57,837 bases of DNA from Clostridiales bacterium (lineage in GTDB: Bacteria; Bacillota; Clostridia; Lachnospirales; WRAX01): NCBI GenBank assembly GCA_031265685.1, contig JAISCI010000116.1, positions 1 to 57,837 of the forward strand, given 5' to 3'. The notes under the pieces were generated by a model. That model saw only the letters and a program-made list of their open reading frames with translations, was not told where the DNA came from and did not search any database. Positions 1-10,075 of the stretch are shown here, piece by piece. The position numbers and the translations under genes were made by a program. Each line of letters opens with the position of its first letter. The first letter of the stretch is position 1.

Positions 1-117
1 CGATATAATTAAAATCACCCACCCCCAAAACGAAGACCGCTTAAATTCGCGCTTTGTTTTGGGGGTGGGTGATTTTTCAATTATATTGGGTGGGTGATTT
101 TTCAGTTGACATTTACA
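1..117. repeat. Long hairpin palindrome at the window start. The stem is AAAATCACCCACCCCCAAAAC / GTTTTGGGGGTGGGTGATTTT with a 26-nt loop, followed by GGGTGGGTGATTTTTCA subrepeats.
   Basis: Read directly. Positions 56-117 are identical to 57776-57837. The loop CGAAGACCGCTTAAATTCGCGCTTTG is the reverse complement of the loop in the copy at the window end. Confidence 0.85.
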
Positions 118-223
118 CACGCCCCGCGAATTGGTGGAGACGCTCATAGATAAGATTCTCGTGTTCCCCGGCGACAGGCTTGAAATACAATGGAAGATAG
201 CTGACTTTTCAATGGTTGGATAA
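110..223 (+). pseudogene. 3' fragment of a large serine recombinase gene (C-terminal tail only)
   Basis: The frame reads ...RELVETLIDKILVFPGDRLEIQWKIADFSMVG*. This resembles the C-terminal tail of Clostridial transposon large serine recombinases. It starts abruptly at the edge of the palindrome, and no upstream coding part is present. Confidence 0.4.
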
Positions 224-227
224 GGAC

Positions 228-261
228 AAAGCGCGGTAATCCTTGATGATTGCCGCGCTTT
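228..261 (+). terminator. Hairpin AAAGCGCGG...CCGCGCTTT just after the recombinase-tail stop codon
   Basis: A 9-bp GC-rich stem followed by TTT. It lies 5 nt downstream of the TAA at 221-223. Confidence 0.35.
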
Positions 262-326
262 CTCGTAGCTCAAATGTGCTGTTCGTCAATATGTGCAAAA
301 CCACAAGGCGAACGTCGGCAAATTTT

Positions 327-728
327 CTACATCAAAATTTTTATTCCGTTCTTGCAATTAGCATCTTTGACGATGACGCAGTTGGCGATTCCGGCCTCAA
401 TGTCGGCCATCATTTCCTTGAATGCGGGGCGGTCGAAGATGACGCCGGAAACGCCGTCGTCGTCGTAGTGCCGGAACGGGGTATAGCCGTGTTCCTTGCA
501 ATGTCTCTCCAAAATCTTCTTTTGGTTCACTATGCTGTTGCTTTCGCCCTCGTTCCTGTCATCTTGGGAAAGCCGCTCATAGCAAGCGGTAAGGCCCTCC
601 GGCTCGTCCTGCGCCGATGTAGGCTCTTTAGCGTAAAACGGCAGGATATTGGCGCGGGTCTGTTCGCTCATGGGCGCGGTGTTCGTTATCCGCCGGAACG
701 GCAGCGGCGCGGCGGTTGTGTTCGTCAT
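327..728 (-). pseudogene. Large serine recombinase, N-terminal resolvase domain only (truncated)
   Basis: YERLSQDD... carries the catalytic Ser context, followed by SNSIVNQKKILERHCKEHGY and YDDDGVSGVIFDRPAFKEMMADIEAGIANCVIVKD. Similarity ends after VIVKD (about nt 366), where LSRLGR would normally follow. The recombinase and zinc-ribbon domains are absent. Confidence 0.7.
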
Positions 729-854
729 GCCCGCTCACCGCCTTTCGGAAGTGAGCGGCAGAATGCCGCCATGACTGCATGGAGCGGTTCGGCGCGCCCG
801 CCGTCATTCAGGCTGACGATCTCCGCGCCGCAAGACTTTATCCAATCCGCAAAC

Positions 855-1367
855 TCAATAAATGGGATAAAACCCCGCGCTATGCGCGACGTGTCTTTTC
901 AATCTGTCTCTTTGCCCCGCCGCCGCGCCGTAATGAGTGTAATCATGTATCAGCGGCTCTAAGCAGCTTTGCAGCCGGCGGGTATAGTACATTGACAGAT
1001 AAAACAGGAAATTCGGCGTGCCCTTATGACGGTAAGTCCTCGCCATATCAATTACCGTCGTGAGCATCGCCTGTTTTATATCTTGTTTGGATACGCCCTT
1101 GAACAGTCTGTGAATATAGTCAGCCGCATTCTCAACGCGCTGCGCATAATTGTTTGCTTTGCCCAGCAATTTCAGGTTGCCGGCTTTAATAACGCTTTTG
1201 TTTGAGTAATGACCTATAAATCTAGCCCATATGTAGTCGCCGGTTCGGCCTAACGCGCCGTTTACCATGGTTTCATACACAGGTTCTATGTATTGCCATA
1301 CGCCGTCTATCAGCGCTTGGCTAGATCCGGGCTTGCCGAGCCTATAGCCAAAGTACAAGGCTTCCAC
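855..1367 (-). CDS. Hypothetical protein, probably cargo of the same mobile-element remnant
   Basis: A 170-aa ORF directly upstream of the recombinase fragment on the same strand. I recognise no family. The start codon is uncertain because the frame stays open upstream. Confidence 0.45.
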   Translation of the reverse strand: MEALYFGYRLGKPGSSQALIDGVWQYIEPVYETMVNGALGRTGDYIWARFIGHYSNKSVIKAGNLKLLGKANNYAQRVENAADYIHRLFKGVSKQDIKQAMLTTVIDMARTYRHKGTPNFLFYLSMYYTRRLQSCLEPLIHDYTHYGAAAGQRDRLKRHVAHSAGFYPIY

Positions 1368-1437
1368 GCGCTCATTCTCGGCTTTCCTGTTCGCGCCGTC
1401 CCGCGTAATCCCTATTGAAAAATAATTACGCCGGCCA

Positions 1438-1466
1438 TTGAAAATTTCCAGCTATCCTGTTAAAAT
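1438..1466 (+). promoter_or_regulatory. Sigma-70-like promoter candidate (TTGAAA, 17 nt, TAAAAT)
   Basis: The hexamers are at 1438-1443 and 1461-1466 with a 17-nt spacer, upstream of the HlyD-family gene. A second TATAAT lies at 1475-1480. Confidence 0.4.
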
Positions 1467-1653
1467 AAAGACGATATAATATAGTAAGCGGGTTTGAGAA
1501 CGTTGGAGCAGGCTCTCAAACAATTCCCGAAAACAAGAATGTCGGTCAAAACGCTATGGTTTTCGGGCGTTTTCGCTATACTAACGCGGAACAACAACCG
1601 GCGTAAGCCTCGACGTGATAGAAAAGCGAAAAAGGACTGAGAAGAGGGACCGT

Positions 1654-3237
1654 ATGAAAAAAAGCGTGAAGATAGCGATCGCCGTGATTATCGCGGTTGC
1701 GGCTGCGGTCGGCGGGTTAGTCTATGTCAACCTTCCGGCGGATCTGGCCGCCGTTCGGCTGGAGCCGCGCGCAGCCAGCGAATACTTTATAGAGGAAGGT
1801 TCCGTCAAGCAGCAGGAGTCCGTCTCCGTGTACTCGTTCGTGTCGGGGCGGGTGGAGACGATCGGAACCGCCGAGGGCGCGGATGTATCCGCCGGTGATA
1901 TTATTTGTGTCGTGGATTCGATGGATTACCGGAACGGTCTTGATCAGGCGCTCGCCGCGCTTGAGGGGTACGCGGCGCAGAAGGACAACTTGGACGAGCA
2001 GCGGCGTCAGCGCGCGGATGAACTGAACGCCAGCCGCCGCGATGTCGTGAGCCAGCGGCGCAGCGTAGCGGCGCAGGAGAGCGACTACCTTCGCCAGACC
2101 GCCGACGCCACGAGATCCGCGAACGACGCCATAGCGAAGCAAAATGAGACCGTAGCGGCGGCGGACGCTCAGATCGAAACTCAGCTGTCGCTGCAACGCA
2201 TATTGATCGCGCAGTCCGAGGCGACGCTTGAGACGGCGGAGGATAACGCGCGCGACGCGCGGATTCTCTATGACAACGGAGCTATACCGAAGAGCGAGTA
2301 CGACGCTGTAATAAAAGGGCGCGACGACGCGGAAAAAGCGCTGGACGCCGCGGTGGCCCAGCTCGATGTTATTGAGGCGGCGCGTATCACGCCGACCGAT
2401 CTGGAGGACGTGAAGAGCTACACCGAGTATTACGAGAGCGCCAAGGCCGCTCTGGACGACAAGATAGCCGTAATCGACGCGCAGCTTGCCGCCGATTACA
2501 CCAGCTCCACGCGAAAGTATTACGACACGCTGATCGCGGGGCAGACGGCGTCAGTCGCGGCGCTGCGGAAAAATATAGCGGACTGCTCCGTCGCGGCGCC
2601 GGTTTCGGGGAAGGTGTCGAAGCTTTATGTGAAGGATTCCAACGCCGTAAGCGCTCAGTCGCCGATAGCCGTTATTGAAACGAAGCGTTCGAGCGATATA
2701 GAAGTATATGTAAGCACGCAGGACTATGCGGACGTCGCCGTCGGCGATAAGGTGGAGATAACGCAGGCGGCGTCCGCCGGGGATATTGTATTCGGCGGGA
2801 CGGTCGCGGAGATAGACGACAAGGCGGTAAGCCGTCTCAGCCCGCTCGGCGTCTCGGAGAATGTCGTGAAGGTTACCGTGACGCCGGACTCGCCTGAAAA
2901 TTCCGCGCTGATACCCGGGTTTACGTTTGACGTGAAGTTCTTTACGTATTACGCCGAGGGGCGGATCCTGGTGCCGAAAACCGCCGTGTTTAAGTACAGC
3001 GCGGACAAGGCCGGGGACGGCGTCCTCTGGGCGGGAGAGAACCTGACGGGCAGGACCGTTGAGGACCTTGACATGGTTTACGACGTTACGGACGGTACGG
3101 CCCGTATGCGGCAGGTGCTGCTGGGGCGCGAGCTTCGGTCGGATTACGTAGTTATATCGGGCTTGGAACCGGGGAGCGCCGTTATCAAGGACGCTTCGGA
3201 TGAAAGAGCCAGGCAGGGCGTCAAAGTGAGGGTATAA
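1654..3237 (+). CDS. HlyD-family / efflux periplasmic adaptor (membrane fusion) protein
   Basis: It has an N-terminal TM helix (VKIAIAVIIAVAAAVGGLVYV), a long coiled-coil region, lipoyl-like hairpin motifs (GDIICVVDS, VSGKVSKLYVKD) and a beta-barrel C-terminus. The ATG at 1654 follows a GAAGAGGGA RBS. The ORF-track start at 1615 is a GTG further upstream. Confidence 0.8.
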   Translation: MKKSVKIAIAVIIAVAAAVGGLVYVNLPADLAAVRLEPRAASEYFIEEGSVKQQESVSVYSFVSGRVETIGTAEGADVSAGDIICVVDSMDYRNGLDQALAALEGYAAQKDNLDEQRRQRADELNASRRDVVSQRRSVAAQESDYLRQTADATRSANDAIAKQNETVAAADAQIETQLSLQRILIAQSEATLETAEDNARDARILYDNGAIPKSEYDAVIKGRDDAEKALDAAVAQLDVIEAARITPTDLEDVKSYTEYYESAKAALDDKIAVIDAQLAADYTSSTRKYYDTLIAGQTASVAALRKNIADCSVAAPVSGKVSKLYVKDSNAVSAQSPIAVIETKRSSDIEVYVSTQDYADVAVGDKVEITQAASAGDIVFGGTVAEIDDKAVSRLSPLGVSENVVKVTVTPDSPENSALIPGFTFDVKFFTYYAEGRILVPKTAVFKYSADKAGDGVLWAGENLTGRTVEDLDMVYDVTDGTARMRQVLLGRELRSDYVVISGLEPGSAVIKDASDERARQGVKVRV

Positions 3238-3255
3238 CGCCGGAAATCTTTTTGG

Positions 3256-3283
3256 TGAATTTGCCCTGAACCCGGCAAATTCA
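3256..3283. repeat. REP-like hairpin unit TGAATTTGCC-CTGAACCC-GGCAAATTCA
   Basis: A perfect 10-bp stem, 19 nt after the HlyD-family stop codon. It belongs to the dispersed family described in the findings. Confidence 0.8.
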
Positions 3284-3674
3284 TTGATTCCGCCGCGTTC
3301 GTCTCACAAACGCGCCAACGCCCGCCAAACATGTTGCCGCGCGGAATGTGCCGCAATATCTGTCCTGCCCTGAACAGATGCCGCAGGCGCATGGCTAAGC
3401 GGGGCGGGGCGCCATAAATTACATCTTTTCGCCGCTTCAGTACATGAAATCATTGAAATATCCATGGCTTTAGCGGCCGGTGTATGTTATAATACAAGTT
3501 TACCGGAAGAGCCGTCTCCATACCCGCGCAAGAGCGTTCGCTCGGTGTCCGAGCTTCCGCGGATCGCCCGCTCTCTTGGATAACGCGGGAAGTTTATGAA
3601 ATGAACGTATGATTTCGTAATTTCGCAAAAAACACTGGATTTTCGGATCACGGTGTGCTACAATATCTCGTCAA

Positions 3675-3733
3675 TGAATTTGCCGGGTTCAAGGCAAATT
3701 CACAATGAATTTGTCGGGTTCAGGACAAATTCA
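3675..3733. repeat. Two tandem REP-like hairpin units (GAATTTGCC-GGGTTCAA-GGCAAATTC and GAATTTGTC-GGGTTCAG-GACAAATTC)
   Basis: Read directly. The loops are the reverse complement of the CTGAACCC loop seen elsewhere. The second stem differs by a compensated pair. Confidence 0.8.
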
Positions 3734-3760
3734 CCAATCGAAACGAGAGGAGCAACGCAT

Positions 3761-5119
3761 TTGTCCGCGAACATAGAGAATGTCGGCGTCAACACCGCCA
3801 AGCTTACGCTCGCCATCCCGCCCGAGACGCTCGAGGCAGCAGCCGATAAAGTATTCCAAAGGAACCGTGGCCGCTTCAGCGTCCCCGGCTTCCGCCCGGG
3901 CAAGGCCCCTAGAAAATTCGTGGAGCGGTTCTATGGAGCCGGGATACTGCGCGAAGAAGCCGCCGAGGAGTCCGCCCGTAAAGCGCTGTACGATTTCCTC
4001 GAAAACGCCGAGTTGGACGTGATTTCATATTCGGACGTAAAGATCGGCGAGACCGTCTCGGACGGCGAACTCCCCGTTACTGTCACTCTGTACCTGCGGC
4101 CCGACGTGTCCATAGTGGATTACAAGGGGCTCAAATACCCCAAACACCCCGCCGACGTCTCCGATGAGGATATCGCGGCGGCAATCGACCGCGACCGCGA
4201 GGAGAACGCCCGCGTGGTTTCCGTGGACGACCGCCCCGCCCGGCTCGGCGACAAGGCGGTCATTGATTTCGAGGGCTTCGTCTACAACACGGCGTTCCCC
4301 GGCGGCAAGGCCGAGGACTATTCTATCAAGCTGGGTTCGGGCACGTTCATCGCCGGATTCGAGGATCAGATCGTCGGACACGAGATAGGCGACAGCTTCG
4401 ATATACTCGTCAAGTTCCCGGACGATTACGGCAAAGGCGGTCCCAGCGAGGATCTGGCCGGCAAACCCGCCCGGTTCGAGACGCGTCTCAAGGCCTTATC
4501 CTACGACGAGCTGCCCGAGCCGGACGACGACTTCGCGCGGGATATATCCGAATTCGACACCTTCGCGGAATACCGTGACAGTGTCCGCGCGAGGCTGCAA
4601 AAAGACAAGGACGATCATGCCCGCGAGCACACCGAGCGGCGCCTGATGCGGACGCTCGTCGAAAAGACCCAGTTCGAGGTGCCGCCGGATATGGTCATGC
4701 GGCAGGCCGAGTCCGAAGATGAGAGTTTTCGGGGCAGGCTCGCGAATCAGGGCATGACGCCCGAAATGTTCTATAAGTCTACCGGGACGTCCGAGGAGAC
4801 GGTTCGCCGCGCGCGGATAGGGGACGCTTATGAGCGCGTCAAGTCCGCGTTTATACTCAGCCTTATCGCCGAAGCGGAGGGCATAGGCGTCACGGACGAG
4901 GAACTGAGCGATCATCTGGACGAATTGGCCGCCGCCAACGGCATGACGCGCAAGCGCGTTGAGGAGGGCCTCAAGGAAGACGATTACGACGCCATACGCG
5001 ATATGCTGAAAAACCGCAAGGCTATGGACGCGGTTCTCTCCTGCGCGGAGGAGACCGACGAGATATTGGGCGACGAAGATTCAGACGGCCACGACCATGG
5101 AGAGGAAGAGAACGAGTGA
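3761..5119 (+). CDS. tig: Trigger factor
   Basis: The N-terminal ribosome-binding region contains [16 protein letters not shown], followed by a PPIase-like middle and a C-terminal arm. The gene sits in the conserved tig-clpP-clpX order. TTG at 3761 is preceded by GAGAGGAG. The ORF-track start at 3653 would translate through REP hairpins. Confidence 0.93.
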   Translation: MSANIENVGVNTAKLTLAIPPETLEAAADKVFQRNRGRFSVPGFRPGKAPRKFVERFYGAGILREEAAEESARKALYDFLENAELDVISYSDVKIGETVSDGELPVTVTLYLRPDVSIVDYKGLKYPKHPADVSDEDIAAAIDRDREENARVVSVDDRPARLGDKAVIDFEGFVYNTAFPGGKAEDYSIKLGSGTFIAGFEDQIVGHEIGDSFDILVKFPDDYGKGGPSEDLAGKPARFETRLKALSYDELPEPDDDFARDISEFDTFAEYRDSVRARLQKDKDDHAREHTERRLMRTLVEKTQFEVPPDMVMRQAESEDESFRGRLANQGMTPEMFYKSTGTSEETVRRARIGDAYERVKSAFILSLIAEAEGIGVTDEELSDHLDELAAANGMTRKRVEEGLKEDDYDAIRDMLKNRKAMDAVLSCAEETDEILGDEDSDGHDHGEEENE

Positions 5120-5709
5120 GCCTTGTTCCGATAGTAGTAGAGAACACCAACAGGGGCGAACGCTCCTATGACATCTATTCCCGTCTGCTGAAAGACCGCA
5201 TCATCTTTCTGGGCGAAGAGGTGAACGACGTTACGGCGAGCCTTGTCGTGGCGCAGCTCCTGTTTTTGGACGCGGAGGATCCCGGCAAAGACATCAGTCT
5301 TTACATCAACAGCCCGGGCGGCTCCGTCTCGGCTGGTTTCGCGATTTACGACACGATGCGGTTTGTCCGGTCGGACGTATCGACCATCTGCATCGGGCTG
5401 GCGGCCAGCATGGGCGCTTTCCTGCTCTCGGGCGGGACTAAGGGCAAACGCTACGCTCTGCCCAACGCCGAGATAATGATACACCAGCCGATCGGCGGCG
5501 CGCGCGGTCAAGCCACCGACATCAAAATTCAGGCGGAGCAGATCGTTAAGATAAAACGCCGCCTGAACGAAATGCTTTCAGAGGATACCGGGCAGCCGCT
5601 GGAGCGGGTTGAGCGCGACACAGACCGCGACAACTACATGACGGCGGAGGAAGCGAAATCATACGGCATAATCGACGATGTGATCAAGCGCCTGCCCGAC
5701 AAGAAATAG
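5116..5709 (+). CDS. clpP: ATP-dependent Clp protease proteolytic subunit
   Basis: [30 protein letters not shown] and the catalytic context [11 protein letters not shown] are present. The start overlaps the tig stop codon. Confidence 0.96.
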   Translation: MSLVPIVVENTNRGERSYDIYSRLLKDRIIFLGEEVNDVTASLVVAQLLFLDAEDPGKDISLYINSPGGSVSAGFAIYDTMRFVRSDVSTICIGLAASMGAFLLSGGTKGKRYALPNAEIMIHQPIGGARGQATDIKIQAEQIVKIKRRLNEMLSEDTGQPLERVERDTDRDNYMTAEEAKSYGIIDDVIKRLPDKK

Positions 5710-5723
5710 GGGGGATTGTTCAA

Positions 5724-7031
5724 ATGGCTCCGAAGTCCGACAACAAGCCGCCGCTCCACTGTTCTTTCTGCGGAAAGACTCAGGAGCAGGTCCGAAAGTT
5801 CATCGTTGGGCCGAGCGCGTATATTTGCAACGAGTGCGTGGATCTGTGCTACGACATAATCTTGGAAGATATGGACGAGCGGCGCGAGGAATACGCACCA
5901 GCCGAGGGGCGCGTGCTAAAGCCCGCCGACATCATGGATTTCCTCGATCAGTATGTAATCGGGCAGTCCGACGCGAAAAAGGCGCTCTCTGTCGCGGTGT
6001 ATAACCACTACAAGCGGATACGCTCCGCCGAGGACTACTACAGCGAGGTCGAGCTTCAGAAGAGTAACATCCTGATCATCGGTCCCACGGGCGTCGGCAA
6101 GACGTTTCTCGCGCAGACGCTGGCGCGGATGCTTAACGTGCCGTTCGCGATCGCGGACGCCACGAGCATGACCGAGGCCGGGTATGTCGGCGAGGACGTG
6201 GAGAATATCCTGCTTCGCCTTATCCAGGCGGCGGACGGCGACGTCGCTCGGGCGGAGAAAGGAATCATATATATTGATGAAATCGACAAAATAAGCCGAA
6301 AATCGGATAATCCGTCGATAACGCGGGACGTCTCGGGCGAGGGCGTGCAGCAGGCGATCCTGAAGATTCTGGAAGGGACGATAGCGTCGGTGCCGCCGCA
6401 GGGCGGCCGCAAACACCCTCACCAGGAGTTCATCCAGATAGATACGAGTCATATTCTGTTCATATGCGGAGGCGCGTTCGACGGGCTTGATAAGATGATC
6501 GAGCAGCGGCTCAACAAAAAGGTGATAGGCTTCGACCGCGACCAGAAGCTGCGCGAGAAGATCTTCCAGGACGAGGTCCTCAAGTCCGTGCTGCCGCGGG
6601 ACCTTCATAAATACGGCCTTATCCCGGAGCTGATCGGCCGCCTGCCGATAGTCGTGACGCTTGAGAGCCTGGACGAGAAAGCTCTCATAGATATACTGAC
6701 AGTGCCGAAGAACGCGCTGACAAAGCAGTATAAGTATCTCTTTGAGCTGGACGACGTGCTTCTCGAGTTCGAGGACGACGCTCTGGCCGCCATAGCCCAC
6801 AGGGCGATTGACCGGGGCACGGGCGCGAGGGGTCTTCGCGCTATAGTAGAGGGATTCATGCGCGATATTATGTTTGAGATACCTTCCAACGAGACGATTG
6901 AGAAGTGCGTTATCACGCGGGATGTGGTCGAGAACGGCGCGAAGCCGGCGCTGATACTAAATGATAATCGGCAGCCGCTGGTTCTCCGGAGGCGGAAGCC
7001 CCTGAAGCCACGCAGAAGTTCTGCGGGCTGA
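5724..7031 (+). CDS. clpX: ATP-dependent Clp protease ATP-binding subunit ClpX
   Basis: The N-terminal zinc-binding motif is CSFCGK...CNECV. Walker A is [17 protein letters not shown] and the IGF-type loop region are present. Confidence 0.97.
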   Translation: MAPKSDNKPPLHCSFCGKTQEQVRKFIVGPSAYICNECVDLCYDIILEDMDERREEYAPAEGRVLKPADIMDFLDQYVIGQSDAKKALSVAVYNHYKRIRSAEDYYSEVELQKSNILIIGPTGVGKTFLAQTLARMLNVPFAIADATSMTEAGYVGEDVENILLRLIQAADGDVARAEKGIIYIDEIDKISRKSDNPSITRDVSGEGVQQAILKILEGTIASVPPQGGRKHPHQEFIQIDTSHILFICGGAFDGLDKMIEQRLNKKVIGFDRDQKLREKIFQDEVLKSVLPRDLHKYGLIPELIGRLPIVVTLESLDEKALIDILTVPKNALTKQYKYLFELDDVLLEFEDDALAAIAHRAIDRGTGARGLRAIVEGFMRDIMFEIPSNETIEKCVITRDVVENGAKPALILNDNRQPLVLRRRKPLKPRRSSAG

Positions 7032-7040
7032 ATTAAAAAG

Positions 7041-7210
7041 GCGGCTTGAACGTGCCATGAACCCGGCGCATTCAAGCCGCCCCGCCGCGTTTCGCGCGGC
7101 GGCGAAATGGTGGGGGTAACCCCCGTCAATGAATTTTGCTTGATTCACACAAAAATATCGGCTCGAACGCGCCGGACTGAATTCGCGCTTGCTCCGCACG
7201 CGAATCCCCG
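7041..7210. repeat. Cluster of REP-like hairpins downstream of clpX
   Basis: GCGGCTTGAA...TTCAAGCCGC is a 10-bp outer stem around an ATGAACCC loop at 7041-7080. A GAATTTTG...CAAAAAT unit follows at about 7131-7156. GAATTCGCG...CGCGAATC lies at 7179-7206. Confidence 0.7.
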
Positions 7211-7269
7211 GCACATTCAAAAGCCGATCAAGATGGATCATTGCTAGTACGCCGCCGCGACATTAAGCC

Positions 7270-7521
7270 TCAGCGCCATTGCGCGGAGACCCGCCGAAGC
7301 GACCTCGCGACGTCCTCATCGAGCTTTCTCGATTGCTCGCGGAGCTTTCTCGCGGTCTCTCTCTGCCAGCTGTAGTCACGAAGGCCTGCCTGCGCTTCCT
7401 CAAGGGAATCCATAAACTCAAGCATTTCCGTCTCCTTGTGACTCAGTACACCTTCTGGCACAGCATCAACTTCCTCCCGTATTTGAGTGCGACCGTTCTC
7501 TTTGTTGCTTTTGTCCAACAT
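7270..7521 (-). CDS. Small charged helical protein (hypothetical)
   Basis: An 83-aa ORF 72 nt downstream of, and on the same strand as, the 485-aa protein. I recognise no family. Confidence 0.5.
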   Translation of the reverse strand: MLDKSNKENGRTQIREEVDAVPEGVLSHKETEMLEFMDSLEEAQAGLRDYSWQRETARKLREQSRKLDEDVARSLRRVSAQWR

Positions 7522-7593
7522 TGCACCCCCCAGCGCCCGCTCAATTTATATTTTATGTTGAGAAGGCTTCGATAGTGCTAATATAACAGCATT

Positions 7594-9051
7594 TTATACT
7601 ATTTCTCTCGCGGTGTCAATATTTTTTTGTTTTCCCGCTTCGGTTAACCTGTCCATAGGAGTACGGCTCAACCCTATGAACATCCCCGGGAACCGGAGCG
7701 GAATCCCAGCCCCCTCTACAGGGTGAGTCGGATCGAAAACAATCGAAAGCGTATAGTCCCTGCAACAAAATTCGGAAAAGTAGACGAATTCAGTCAAATC
7801 GGATTCCAGCAACTTCTCTAACTTATCGTTGTGCCTGTCAAACGGGTGCTTAGACGACACGCGCAGACTGTTAAGCCGAAACTTGGCTTCGGAATTGCGG
7901 ATCAGCACCGTTTTGTAATCCCCGGCCTCGCCGATGGTTTTTTTGACCGTATCGCGCTGTTTGTCAAGGTAGCAGCTCAAATTTCCGTAATGATTCACCG
8001 CGTTCACAAAAACCTTGGGGTATCGAATTACGACCATTACGGCATTGGCCTTGACGGTTTCACCATTTTCATCTATTGTATCGTCAAAAAGCTCCTTTTC
8101 CGTTAGAAGATTCGCGAAGTGGCTGTTCCTGTGGAGTATACTGAAAACAAAATACCCCGACTCATCGTACACAAGGTATTTATCCGGTTTTCCGTTCGCC
8201 GCGCGAGTACATCCGAACACAACCAAAGCGTGCCCGTTCCTGCACACAATGACAGGCAGACCGCTTTCAATATTGACATCGAGAATCAATTTATTCTTGC
8301 TCGACGCGTCTTCCGACGCCACCGATTTATCAACGACAAAAGGAAAAACATGTATACGGTTTCTGGTTAAAATTTCAAGGATCTTTTCGTAAGACTCCCC
8401 TTCCGTCGGAACAAGATGGATGTTATCGCTGAGTATGTCGGTAACATCCGTATGCGGGGTATTGTATTTGTGATGCATGTAAAAACTTACCATAAGCATG
8501 GCCGAGTGGCAACAGCATAAATAAACCTGCTCTTGGCTGTAGAACGGGGCGACTTCGGTATTATATGTAAAACCATTGATATTAACCTTGCGTTTATATG
8601 TCATAACATACGCCGTCTCGCCGCCAAGCTTCAGCACATTCCAATTCGGCATAACCATAGACAGCATTTTATCATAATCGGGCACCGGCCTGAGAGTTAC
8701 AAACCCGATATATTTATCGTCGGCGTCATTGGCCGGCACAAGACTGCTCTTTTTGACATTATCCGACGCGCCCCAAAGGTGAACGCGAAAAAGTTTATTA
8801 CTCTTCGCGTAAGTAGTCTGGGAATAATGAAGACTGTACAGTTCCGACCACACGCTGTCCGTGTATTCGGATTCCACAAGCATCCACACGGCGCTGTCCC
8901 ACATAGGCCAAAATCGCTTAATCAACATCTCCTTGAAATCCGACACCATGTCGTCCACAATAGCCGTGCCGTTCATGTCCGCCATGATTTTGCTGTTCAA
9001 AAGTACTTTCAGGAGTTCTCTCTCATCCTTTTTTGTCAATTCCAGCGCCAT
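7594..9051 (-). CDS. Uncharacterised protein with a putative papain-like (C39-like) cysteine peptidase core
   Basis: The 485-aa ORF lies in a stretch that is clearly more AT-rich than its flanks. Q-x5-C (QEQVYLCCCHSAMLMV), then GHALVVFG and YDES match the Gln/Cys/His/Asp order of papain-fold peptidases. There is no signal peptide. Confidence 0.6.
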   Translation of the reverse strand: MALELTKKDERELLKVLLNSKIMADMNGTAIVDDMVSDFKEMLIKRFWPMWDSAVWMLVESEYTDSVWSELYSLHYSQTTYAKSNKLFRVHLWGASDNVKKSSLVPANDADDKYIGFVTLRPVPDYDKMLSMVMPNWNVLKLGGETAYVMTYKRKVNINGFTYNTEVAPFYSQEQVYLCCCHSAMLMVSFYMHHKYNTPHTDVTDILSDNIHLVPTEGESYEKILEILTRNRIHVFPFVVDKSVASEDASSKNKLILDVNIESGLPVIVCRNGHALVVFGCTRAANGKPDKYLVYDESGYFVFSILHRNSHFANLLTEKELFDDTIDENGETVKANAVMVVIRYPKVFVNAVNHYGNLSCYLDKQRDTVKKTIGEAGDYKTVLIRNSEAKFRLNSLRVSSKHPFDRHNDKLEKLLESDLTEFVYFSEFCCRDYTLSIVFDPTHPVEGAGIPLRFPGMFIGLSRTPMDRLTEAGKQKNIDTAREIV

Positions 9052-9080
9052 GTCGGCAATCCCCTTGCGTTAGTATATTA

Positions 9081-9383
9081 TCAGCCTTTTTTAATCTCGC
9101 TTTTCGCGGCAGTGTACAGCATGGCGGCGCCGCCGAGCACACACAGCAATCCGGGCGTAACGATACCCGCTATCTCAACATCCTTCAGCTTAAGGACAAA
9201 ATCAGCCGCCGACAACCCGTTGAACACCGAGAAAACTATAACGGACAGCACCACCCAAGCCAATCCTATGTAAATCATACGCTCGCCGCGCGTCAAGAGC
9301 CTGTTCAGATACGCCAGCGCGCGCTTAAACTCTTCGGGCGTGGTATATGACAGCGACGCTTTAACTTTTTCGTTTTTATCCAT
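9081..9383 (-). CDS. Small two-TM membrane protein (hypothetical)
   Basis: A 100-aa ORF with two hydrophobic helices (IYIGLAWVVLSVIVFSVF and GIVTPGLLCVLGGAAMLY). Confidence 0.55.
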   Translation of the reverse strand: MDKNEKVKASLSYTTPEEFKRALAYLNRLLTRGERMIYIGLAWVVLSVIVFSVFNGLSAADFVLKLKDVEIAGIVTPGLLCVLGGAAMLYTAAKSEIKKG

Positions 9384-9541
9384 AACAATCCAACCCTCCG
9401 AACTGTTTCAGTCAGATTATACTGGATTAGATGTGATTTGTCAATATATACTTATATTACAAACCGAGCGCTTCTGTGCGGTTTTGACGGCGGTGAGCCG
9501 AGCGCGGCGTCATTCCTGATCGACGTTTTCATTTGTCTAAG

Positions 9542-10075
9542 CTACCGCTTAGACAAATGAAATCCATCTTCTTTGTCGTCCCCGTGTTTCCCGCGCGAGA
9601 CAAACCGGTTAACCAGCACCGCCACGACAACCCCCGCCGCCGTCTCGGCCATCCGCACCAGCGCGTAGATAAACACCTCGCCCGTGCTGTGGTACGCCGC
9701 CAGCGATATGACCGTAACGGTTATCGCGCAGATCGATGCGGCTTCGGGCTTTTTAAGCGCGACGCAACTCACCACCGCGATGATAATGCCCGCCGTCGTC
9801 AGCGGTATCTTGATTATGTCATACGGCGCGGCCAGATAAACCCACAGGAGAATTATGCCGATGACGCCGCCGATCAGCGTGCCGATCACGCGGGCGAATC
9901 CGGTTACGAAAGACTTCTCCGGCGTGTCCTGCAGGCAGACAATGGAGGCGACACACGCGAATACGGGCCAGTCGTAATGGAATACGAACGCGAGGGTAAG
10001 ACAGATAAACACGCAAAGCCCGGTTTTAAGCGTCCGCATACCGGGCATCAGTTTAGGGAAGAACTTTTTCACCAT
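9542..10075 (-). CDS. ArAE/FUSC-like (YgaE-like) membrane protein
   Basis: The N-terminus reads MRTLKTGLCVFICLTLAFVF, followed by 4-5 TM helices typical of aromatic-acid-exporter-family N-terminal domains. The start may instead be the internal Met at 10048 or 10039, which avoids overlap with ispD. Confidence 0.55.
   Translation of the reverse strand: MVKKFFPKLMPGMRTLKTGLCVFICLTLAFVFHYDWPVFACVASIVCLQDTPEKSFVTGFARVIGTLIGGVIGIILLWVYLAAPYDIIKIPLTTAGIIIAVVSCVALKKPEAASICAITVTVISLAAYHSTGEVFIYALVRMAETAAGVVVAVLVNRFVSRGKHGDDKEDGFHLSKR

Noticed and set aside
1-117. Reading the terminal hairpins as covalently closed telomeres of a linear replicon, or as proof that this is a complete circular element
   Set aside because: The window carries single-copy housekeeping genes (tig, clpP, clpX, glnS, ispD, htpG, trxA) and no replication or partition genes. 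A multicopy palindromic repeat or an assembly break at a palindrome is more likely. This cannot be settled without reads.
3653-3760. N-terminal extension of trigger factor given by the ORF track
   Set aside because: The extension translates two REP hairpin units and has no trigger-factor similarity. TTG at 3761 has a good RBS. Similar repeat-derived or overlapping extensions were trimmed for 30444-32546 and 46750-47232.
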